Of a stretch of DNA of 11,946 nucleotides, positions 5,513-11,786 are shown in pieces. Source of the stretch: a virus. Positions within the stretch are counted from its first letter, which is position 1. Each line of letters opens with the position of its first letter. A program made the translations under genes and the position numbers. A model generated the notes under the pieces. The model ran no database searches. It had not been told where the DNA came from and saw only the letters and a program-made list of their open reading frames with translations. The stretch lies in IMG/VR virus record IMGVR_UViG_3300045988_024551, positions 1-11,946 of that record. One strand, 5' to 3'.

Positions 5513-6560
5513 TTTCTTCTTTGTTTTCTTTTGTTTCTTCTGTTTCTTCTGTTTCTGTTTCCGTTTCTTCTGTTTCTTCTGTTTCTGTTTCCGTTTCTTC
5601 TGTTTCTTCTGTTTCTTGCGTTTCGTCCGTTTCGTCCGTTTCGTTTGTAGGGTCAACGTCTTCTGTATCTGTGTGGTCGTGCCCGTCTTCTGATACTTTA
5701 AGCAACGATAAATAGTTTTCGTGCTCAATTTTCCAACTAGACCCCAACGTTACCGTAATATCCGTGCCAAACATTTCGTTAACACGTTTAACACCCTCAA
5801 CACGTTCCGTTAACATTGAATCAACAAACGGCATTAAAGCATCTATATTCATCGAAACTTCTTGCGTGTTCAAACGTTCACGTTTCATGTTATAATTTGC
5901 GTTCAAACCCAAATCGTTAAACATTGACGCTTTGTAATACTGCAAAAGTTCAATCATTTGCGTTATTTGTTGGTTACTTTGTGTTGGTGGTGTTTGCATA
6001 TTTACACCTTTGAAAAACGCATTTTCACCAACCACCGAGAAATCACCGTCCAAAATCTTTTGCAGGAACGATTCTGCACTTTGTCGGGTCTTATCATCAC
6101 TTGCAGAAATAAGCATTGTTATTCTAGTTAAAATACTAGTCATATTCAGCGTTATAACTGCATCGGTGTAAAGTACGCCATATTTCCCGATAATTGGCAA
6201 AATTGAATCTGCAAACGGTGTGTTGTTGATAACTACAATATCATCACCAATTTTGAAAGTTTTATCCAACTTTAACCACGGGTTTGCGACAACGAAATCT
6301 TTGCCCCGATAATACGCATCACATTCACCGCCACGTGAACCCTGTAAGGCGTACAAATCACCGTTAACTTTGGCGATTCCAACGTTACCGCTAGTTTGCA
6401 GAATCTTTTCAAGTTCTACAGGCGGCATTGTTTCGGGTGTTCCTGTATATTCAAACATTTTTGAAGTCATACAAAGAACACGTTGCATAAAAGTATTTAA
6501 TGCGTAATCTTTGTTCTTAACTTCTGTTTGATACAGGGCATATAAATTTTCTTTTTTCAT
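5502..6560 (-). CDS. Portal (connector, upper collar) protein, phi29 gp10-like, 352 aa, with a ~55-aa poly-acidic E/T/D repeat tail
   Basis: [26 protein letters not shown] parallels gp10 [37 protein letters not shown] parallels [35 protein letters not shown] parallels [24 protein letters not shown]. The C-terminus is ...[47 protein letters not shown]. Confidence 0.9.
   Translation of the reverse strand: [352 protein letters not shown]
5533..5646. repeat. In-frame tandem repeat: 30-bp unit GTTTCTTCTGTTTCTTCTGTTTCTGTTTCC x2 exact plus a partial third copy, built from 9-bp GTTTCTTCT-like subunits and decaying into GTTTCGTCC units
   Basis: 5533-5562 is identical to 5563-5592, and 5593-5616 repeats the first 24 nt. 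Degenerate 9-mers continue to 5646. All unit lengths are multiples of 3. Confidence 0.9.
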
Positions 6561-6754
6561 TATTTGATAAGCGTTTTAATTAACGTACAAAGTTCTGTTA
6601 ACACTTTCGTGTTACTTTGTACTGTTTCGTTCAACCTGTCTGTTTCCTGTTGGTGACGTTCATTCTGTTTCTCCATATAAAAGAAAAGGGCGATACAAAC
6701 CGCAACAGGAAAACCAACGTTACTAATTAAAGATACGATTCCGTTTAAATCCAT
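6560..6754 (-). CDS. Small single-pass membrane protein, 64 aa (YvrJ-like; holin candidate), first gene of the late operon
   Basis: Hydrophobic segment IVSLISNVGFPVAVCIALFFYM followed by a charged helix. The ISNVGFP-AV motif recalls the YvrJ family (from memory). Its stop overlaps the portal start (TAATG at 6558-6562). Confidence 0.6.
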   Translation of the reverse strand: MDLNGIVSLISNVGFPVAVCIALFFYMEKQNERHQQETDRLNETVQSNTKVLTELCTLIKTLIK

Positions 6755-6786
6755 ATATTAAATTTTAACTTTGTTATTTTACGTTG

Positions 6787-6818
6787 CAAAGATAGCATTA
6801 TTTTCTGAAAACGCCAAA
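6787..6818 (-). promoter_or_regulatory. Internal (late) promoter, Bacteroidota type, driving the 64-aa gene, portal, MCP and tail genes
   Basis: On the minus strand: TTTG (reverse complement of 6815-6818), 20-nt spacer, TATCTTTG (reverse complement of 6787-6794). This is the same geometry as the two terminal promoters, about 30 nt upstream of the ATG at 6754. Confidence 0.6.
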
Positions 6819-6865
6819 TAAAAACGGGGAAAATGTTTCACGTTAAACACTTTTTATCCCCGTTT
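6811..6865 (-). terminator. Hairpin plus U-tract after the ATPase gene; its 26-nt loop carries a degenerate copy of the ITR site
   Basis: AAACGGGGA (6822-6830) pairs with TCCCCGTTT (6857-6865). The minus-strand RNA is followed by UUUUUAUUU, which overlaps the late -33 element. The loop contains AATGTTTCACGT (6832-6843). Confidence 0.5.
6832..6847. promoter_or_regulatory. Half-conserved copy of the ITR site (AATGTTTCACGTtaaac), about 50-65 nt upstream of the predicted late transcription start
   Basis: The 12-nt string AATGTTTCACGT is identical to the ITR copies at 160-171 and 188-199. A chance 12-mer match in about 12 kb is unlikely. Confidence 0.4.
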
Positions 6866-6873
6866 AACAGATT

Positions 6874-8013
6874 TTAAGAAATAATGTTACTTCTAGCACT
6901 TGCCATCAGGTAATTTCTTACAATTTCCCCGATTTCGTTATTTTGATAAAATACCTTATCTGTTGCGAAATACTTTGTTATCTGTGATTCTAGATAACTT
7001 GCAGTACTCAACAACTTGCGTTTATAGTTCGGTTTGCCGTTCATTCGCAGCGAATAAATTAAACTGTTGTCCGTGTCTTTTATCGGGGTTGTTTTGTTAT
7101 GTATATAAACAAAGTTGTTAACCCCTGTTTCTTCGTCTTCTACTTGAATAACGTTACCCTGTAAGGTCATTTCGTTAAACTGGATATAGAACACAAATAA
7201 CACATCATTCGGGCGATATTTAACGGGTAAATGAGGGTAAACCGCTAGTTCCCATTTACCGCCCGTAATCATCTGCAAATTTTGATTATCGAAACAGAAA
7301 TATTTGTTGCTGGCTTTCTGTTTAACAATCGTGCTGCAATATTCTACTGCAACAGTTGCACCGTGTTCACCGAATTTATAAATATCTATTGTGCCCTGTT
7401 CCATTGAGCGAACTTGTTTCAAACCCATTTCTGAGAAATACGGGCAAAACTGATTTACGGTGTTACCCAACATAAAAACCTTAACATCGTTTCGTTGTCG
7501 GATAATCGTGCTTAACAGGTTCATATATAGCATAAATTCATCGGGCAAATAATAACGTCTTGTCAGGAACTCATCGAAAACGATAGTAGTTATATTCGGG
7601 TAACTGCTAGATTTTTCGTGTTCCTGTTCTGATAAACAGAAACCGAAACAAAACGGTACGTTATCTGGTACACGTTTTTTAGTTTCGGGGTCATAGGACG
7701 AAAGAAACCATTTACCCGAAATATAAAACACTTCATTGAATCTACCGTCTGTCAGTTCCTGTATTACACCGTTTGCAACGTGATTTGAGAATAAACTTTC
7801 GGCACGTTTGCCCCTTAAATCTTCACGCCAACGTCTGATATACGCCATTTGTTTCCCCGTCTTCAAATATTCTTTGATTCCATATAACAACGTGGCGTAT
7901 GTTTTACCGTTGGAACGTTCACCGAATATTACGTTATAATCGGCATTCTTTGCCAAAATTCGTGAAAGACTGTAAAACTTTGGCGTTTCTGCTTTTTCTT
8001 TCTTCTGTTTCAT
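6874..8013 (-). CDS. DNA packaging (encapsidation) ATPase, phi29 gp16-like, 379 aa
   Basis: YSLSRILAKNADYNVIFGERSNGKTYA...AYIRRWREDL parallels gp16 LSYDRILNFVIGARGIGKSYA...IYVRRYKPEL (Walker A). SSSYPNITTIVFDEFLTRR parallels SNAYPNVSTIVFDEFIREK (Walker B). Confidence 0.9.
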   Translation of the reverse strand: MKQKKEKAETPKFYSLSRILAKNADYNVIFGERSNGKTYATLLYGIKEYLKTGKQMAYIRRWREDLRGKRAESLFSNHVANGVIQELTDGRFNEVFYISGKWFLSSYDPETKKRVPDNVPFCFGFCLSEQEHEKSSSYPNITTIVFDEFLTRRYYLPDEFMLYMNLLSTIIRQRNDVKVFMLGNTVNQFCPYFSEMGLKQVRSMEQGTIDIYKFGEHGATVAVEYCSTIVKQKASNKYFCFDNQNLQMITGGKWELAVYPHLPVKYRPNDVLFVFYIQFNEMTLQGNVIQVEDEETGVNNFVYIHNKTTPIKDTDNSLIYSLRMNGKPNYKRKLLSTASYLESQITKYFATDKVFYQNNEIGEIVRNYLMASARSNIIS

Positions 8014-8014
8014 A

Positions 8015-10225
8015 TTATTCTTTTTTTAATCTTATTCCCATTAAATAATTTATATAAAGAACTGAAAGACTCAACGTGTACCCTGTTGGTTCTAAGTGTA
8101 CCCCCGTTAACGTGTCGTAACTTGAAACCGTGCCCGTGTAGTCTTTTATCGTTCCCGCTTGTTCGTAATCAATATACGTGTGTATATTCTTGCCTGTTGC
8201 GCTAGGTGGAATATCCAAATAATTTGTAAATGCGTCAAAGATTCCGTTTTCCCCAAACGTTTCTAACATATAAGGGATAGCAGATTTTTTGTTAACGCCC
8301 GAAACGGTAATACTATAATTGTAATCTTTGCCGTTTACTGTTAGGGCGTTTTCTTCTTCTACCATGTACCTTTTTGCACCTAAAGTCTTAAAACGGATAT
8401 ACCGCCCCTCATAATCCCAAACCCCCAAAGGTTTTGCGATTCCCTTAATCGTGACGGGTTCAACCTTTTCAAAGGGTATTTTATGATGCTTACAGGCTGC
8501 ACGTAATTTTTGTTGTGCTAACATATTGTAGGCAACGAAATATTCTTTGTGAGCATCACCGTTCATTATTTTAACGCTATCGGTATCACTATATATATAA
8601 TCGTCACCACATTCGGCAATACCCGTAAATAAATTACGTCTAGCATAAGCGGTAACGTATATTCCCCACGGATAAAACAAGAAACGATTTTTGCTATCAT
8701 TGTATTTTTGCAGCGTTTCTAATTGCTTTTCCCCTGTAAGGTGTTCAATATCCCACGTTTCGCCATCACACAAAATCTCATCACGCAACGGGTTTGTAAC
8801 ACACATACCGTAACAACTGTTTAGCATTTCTTTGCTATTCAAATACTCTACTTCTTTGCCTTTAACGCCTTTTAGTTTCGTCTTCATTTCGTAAAGGTGT
8901 AAAATAGATTCTACAAACTCGGTCGGCAAATATTCTTTTCTGTAGCATATCATTCGCCCGATTCTGATTTGTTCCCACGTGTAAAACTGTGAAAAAACTT
9001 TGAAATCTATTTCGGTAATCGTCATACAAATCTTTGTTGCACAAACTAAACGCCCGTTATTCTCGGAAACGTTTTCTTTTACGAAACACTTACTAACAGA
9101 TATCGGGTTTTCGTTTTCTGATTTTGCGAATATGTTTGTAATCTCAATATCAAAGACACAACAGTATTTACTCGTCATAAACTCAAATTGTTTCATCGAT
9201 TTAACAGGAACAACAACGCCCGTGCTCATCGGGAATTTTTCGGAAACCATCACATAAGGGTAACTGCTAGTAAAATCGTAACTATCAACGTTTTCTATTA
9301 CCTCATCGGTATATTTTGCGTTGGCGTGCGTAAAACCGCCCGAAAATGCCCTTTGTAACATTAAAAATTCTTCCATTCCTGTAATATTCAAATTGTGTAT
9401 TTTATCCAAATATTTAAAGTTTGGAATCGTTTTACCTGTTTCGGGGTCTGTTGTCTTGAAGCATACAGAACGGCAATATTTGCGTACAAATCCAGTTTTT
9501 GTTATTGGTAGCTTTGTTATTCCTTTGTAACGTTCCAAAAGTTCCTGTATATAGCACATAACAACTTTTATATCGTTCAAACAGTAATCAATTTCTTTTT
9601 GTGTCAACGGGGTTTTACTGTGACGTAATAGGCTATAATCTAAATCACCTACCAACTTTTCACATTTATATTTGTGAAGTTGTTCACCTAATTTCGCCAA
9701 CGAATAACCCGATAGCAAATAAGAGCAACGGAACTCTAAACCGCTTTTTGTTATTCCGTAAATCGGTTTACGCAAATCAATAGAGAAAACTTTTTCCCAT
9801 TTTAGCATTTCCCGTAAAAATTGGAACTCATATGCCAAATTGTGAACATATATAATAATACGCCTTTTTTGGTTCAGATTCAATATTCCCACGATGTTAT
9901 CTAACATTTGCAAAAATTCTTTCCATGTTCTACCAATAATGCAAAAACCATTTATTCCAAATTGCCAAACGTACATTAAACTACATTTTTCCATTTTGGT
10001 ATCTTTGCCACCTAATTTTATGTAACGGTCATAACTATATGTTTCCCCGTCTTCATCACGATAAAATGAAGTAGTTTCAATATCAAATGAAACAGGCACA
10101 TTTAAGAACTTTTCGCCCCTATTGTTTCCCATAAAGTTCTTTTCGTTCACAGCCAACGATAAAACCTTTGCAATATCTTTAGGCGTGTAAATTTCGTTGT
10201 GAAGTTCAAAGGGTATCTTTTTCAT
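8015..10225 (-). CDS. Protein-primed family B DNA polymerase, 736 aa
   Basis: ExoI FDIETT (D48/E50); ExoII HNLAYEFQF (aa 128-136); ExoIII YCLNDIKV (aa 214-221); motif A DSYDFTSSYPY (aa 314-324); motif B KEMLNSCYG (aa 465-473); motif C YSDTDS (aa 545-550); KxY GAKRY (aa 616-620). Confidence 0.95.
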   Translation of the reverse strand: MKKIPFELHNEIYTPKDIAKVLSLAVNEKNFMGNNRGEKFLNVPVSFDIETTSFYRDEDGETYSYDRYIKLGGKDTKMEKCSLMYVWQFGINGFCIIGRTWKEFLQMLDNIVGILNLNQKRRIIIYVHNLAYEFQFLREMLKWEKVFSIDLRKPIYGITKSGLEFRCSYLLSGYSLAKLGEQLHKYKCEKLVGDLDYSLLRHSKTPLTQKEIDYCLNDIKVVMCYIQELLERYKGITKLPITKTGFVRKYCRSVCFKTTDPETGKTIPNFKYLDKIHNLNITGMEEFLMLQRAFSGGFTHANAKYTDEVIENVDSYDFTSSYPYVMVSEKFPMSTGVVVPVKSMKQFEFMTSKYCCVFDIEITNIFAKSENENPISVSKCFVKENVSENNGRLVCATKICMTITEIDFKVFSQFYTWEQIRIGRMICYRKEYLPTEFVESILHLYEMKTKLKGVKGKEVEYLNSKEMLNSCYGMCVTNPLRDEILCDGETWDIEHLTGEKQLETLQKYNDSKNRFLFYPWGIYVTAYARRNLFTGIAECGDDYIYSDTDSVKIMNGDAHKEYFVAYNMLAQQKLRAACKHHKIPFEKVEPVTIKGIAKPLGVWDYEGRYIRFKTLGAKRYMVEEENALTVNGKDYNYSITVSGVNKKSAIPYMLETFGENGIFDAFTNYLDIPPSATGKNIHTYIDYEQAGTIKDYTGTVSSYDTLTGVHLEPTGYTLSLSVLYINYLMGIRLKKE

Positions 10226-10887
10226 TATAAACCGAATTTTTTAAAACTCTTTAGAATCTTTGCTAATGTATCATCAAGTAAACCGCTTATTCGTTCCTGT
10301 TCTTCTTCGATAGCTTTAGCTTGTTCGTTCAAATCGTCTTGCAACGAATCTGCTATTTTTATTGCATCATCTTCGATTTGGTCGGAAACGTCTTTGCTTT
10401 CTTGTTCAAGTTCCCCCGTAAAGTCTTTGTATTGCATTAAATATTGTTCCAAAAACTTTTCATCGGAAACACTCGCAATTTTACCCATCAATTTATTTTG
10501 CATCAAACTAAATTCATCATCGTTTAGTTTGTACGTTCTCTTTAGGTGTTGCGCATATTCTTTCGTACCCGTTGCACTTGATGTAGGTTGTTGCAGAAAC
10601 GCCACCGCTTTAGCATATTCGATTTTTAAATCGTTCCAATCGTGTTTCATTGAAAACTTTGCAAACCCTTTTATATCACCTTTGTTAAGGGCAACAACTG
10701 CTGGCGACACAATACCCGAATTTTCAACATTTTGTATGCGTCGGTTTGCCTGTTGAAAAGTTCGTGCAATTTCTTTTCTTAATACAGGGTCTGATTCCAA
10801 AGCGGTTAAAATCTCGCTTTTTACGTGAATTTTCCCCGTAAACGAAAAAGTTCTTTTACTAAACCCTATTGGATTTCTTTTTGCCAT
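10225..10887 (-). CDS. Candidate terminal (priming) protein, 220 aa
   Basis: Positional: it lies immediately upstream of the polymerase and overlaps it by 1 nt, as gene 3 precedes gene 2 in phi29. Basic N-terminus (MAKRNPIGFSKR...RTFQQANRRIQN) and strongly acidic helical C-terminal third (DVSDQIEDDAIKIADSLQDDLNEQAKAIEEEQE). No direct sequence homology recognised. Confidence 0.5.
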   Translation of the reverse strand: MAKRNPIGFSKRTFSFTGKIHVKSEILTALESDPVLRKEIARTFQQANRRIQNVENSGIVSPAVVALNKGDIKGFAKFSMKHDWNDLKIEYAKAVAFLQQPTSSATGTKEYAQHLKRTYKLNDDEFSLMQNKLMGKIASVSDEKFLEQYLMQYKDFTGELEQESKDVSDQIEDDAIKIADSLQDDLNEQAKAIEEEQERISGLLDDTLAKILKSFKKFGL

Positions 10888-10908
10888 AATTTACTAAATT
10901 TTAAAATG

Positions 10909-10954
10909 AAACAAAAACGGGGGCAACAATAAATAAATTACTGTTTACCCCCGT
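10909..10954 (-). terminator. Intrinsic terminator or attenuator between the 121-aa gene and the TP-polymerase-ATPase genes
   Basis: Minus-strand RNA ACGGGGG...CCCCCGU (10948-10954 pairs with 10917-10923), followed by UUUUUGUUU. Confidence 0.65.
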
Positions 10955-10982
10955 GACGTTATTCAACCCTTTTACCTTACAA

Positions 10983-11348
10983 CTACTTATCTACAAAGGT
11001 AATACCGTAACACTTTTTGGCGTGCGATTCATATTCATAAATCGTGTAACCAACTTTGTTTGCTTTGATAGCATCTACCGCATCACTATTAGCGAGAATC
11101 TCTCTCACTGTGTCACCTGTAAACTGTGGTAAGTTAACAAGACGTTTGTTTTCTGCGTCAATGATAACGGGCGAATCTCCCAACTGTGACTTGTGAACGT
11201 ACATACCATTAATAGGATGCACCACATCACCTCCACCTTCTTTCTCATCGTTGAAAATATCAACCAACTTTACAAACGGGAAATCTGTTGTATCAATCCC
11301 GAAACTAGTTTTATTAAAAGTACTAGCAAAACTAAAACCCTTTGGCAT
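10983..11348 (-). CDS. Hypothetical early protein, 121 aa (candidate ssDNA- or dsDNA-binding replication accessory protein, by position and size)
   Basis: It occupies the position of phi29 genes 5/6 upstream of the TP gene, is similar in size to p5 (124 aa), and is separated from TP/pol by an attenuator, consistent with a high-copy protein. Function is inferred only. Confidence 0.55.
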   Translation of the reverse strand: MPKGFSFASTFNKTSFGIDTTDFPFVKLVDIFNDEKEGGGDVVHPINGMYVHKSQLGDSPVIIDAENKRLVNLPQFTGDTVREILANSDAVDAIKANKVGYTIYEYESHAKKCYGITFVDK

Positions 11349-11399
11349 ACCTTAAAGCCTTTTAAACGTTAAACTTCTGTTGTCTTTGAACACCTGTTA

Positions 11400-11567
11400 C
11401 TACTTGACTTCGTTCACACCGTTTGCAGATGCAAACTCGTTCAACCACTTCTTAAAGCGGTTCAACTTAATAACCGCCTTATCATCTCTAGCCACTTCAT
11501 TTGAAGTCATAAGAGCATTAACACTAGTAATACAGTTGAAAACTGTTTCATTAAAATTCTCATTCAT
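11400..11567 (-). CDS. Hypothetical early protein, 55 aa (below the ORF-track cutoff), first gene of the right operon
   Basis: My manual translation of the minus strand is MNENFNETVFNCITSVNALMTSNEVARDDKAVIKLNRFKKWLNEFASANGVNEVK*. It starts about 45 nt downstream of the right promoter and is co-oriented with the operon, unlike the tracked + strand ORF 11380..11592. Confidence 0.45.
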   Translation of the reverse strand: MNENFNETVFNCITSVNALMTSNEVARDDKAVIKLNRFKKWLNEFASANGVNEVK

Positions 11568-11617
11568 AATTTCACCTAATTTAAATTGTTAAACTTATAT
11601 TGTTTCTTAAACACGGT

Positions 11618-11649
11618 GCAAAGATACAACGTTTTTGCGAAACCACCAA
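11618..11649 (-). promoter_or_regulatory. Right-end (early) promoter, Bacteroidota type, near-identical to the left promoter
   Basis: On the minus strand: TTTG (reverse complement of 11646-11649), 20-nt spacer, TATCTTTG (reverse complement of 11618-11625). Confidence 0.6.
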
Positions 11650-11706
11650 ATTATTTTCGTTAAAAAGTCTTAAAGAAATAAATTAACTGTTGTTAACACT
11701 TACAAC

Positions 11707-11786
11707 GTTCCACGTGAAACACTTTGCTGCTATTCGCCCTTTGTTCCACGTGAAACATTTGTTATCCACCGTTCCACGTGAAACAT
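11707..11786. promoter_or_regulatory. Three copies of the CACGTG-core site at the right end: two are ITR mirror copies and one extra copy straddles the ITR boundary
   Basis: GTTCCACGTGAAACA occurs at 11707-11722 (extra copy, absent on the left), 11743-11758 and 11771-11786. Confidence 0.45.

Noticed and set aside
5533-5646. A possible CRISPR-like or iteron array, suggested by the 30-bp periodic repeat
   Set aside because: The repeats are contiguous with no unique spacers. They lie inside an ORF, and all units are multiples of 3 nt. This is a coding tandem repeat, not a CRISPR array.
5367-5715. Plus-strand ORFs 5367..5693 (FFCFFCFF...) and 5521..5715 (SSVSSVSVSV...)
   Set aside because: These are low-complexity translations of the antisense strand of the tandem repeat, entirely inside the portal and downstream genes. 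They show no independent coding signal.
4943-5728. Annotating the full 261-aa ORF as the default gene product
   Set aside because: The first 72 codons overlap the portal gene in another frame. They are open largely because the repeat tract cannot contain stops. The ATG at 5512 gives a normal overlapping-coupled junction with the portal stop. The long form is kept only as a hypothesis in the findings.
10199-10756. 185-aa plus-strand ORF
   Set aside because: It is antisense to the candidate TP gene. The S/C/F-rich sequence is typical of the reverse frame of a K/E/D/L-rich gene, and no promoter or operon context supports it.
11380-11592. 70-aa plus-strand ORF at the right end
   Set aside because: It has a non-ATG start, is oriented against the right-end promoter and has an implausible composition. 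The opposite-strand 55-aa ATG ORF (11400..11567) fits the transcription unit better, although it is itself only moderately supported.
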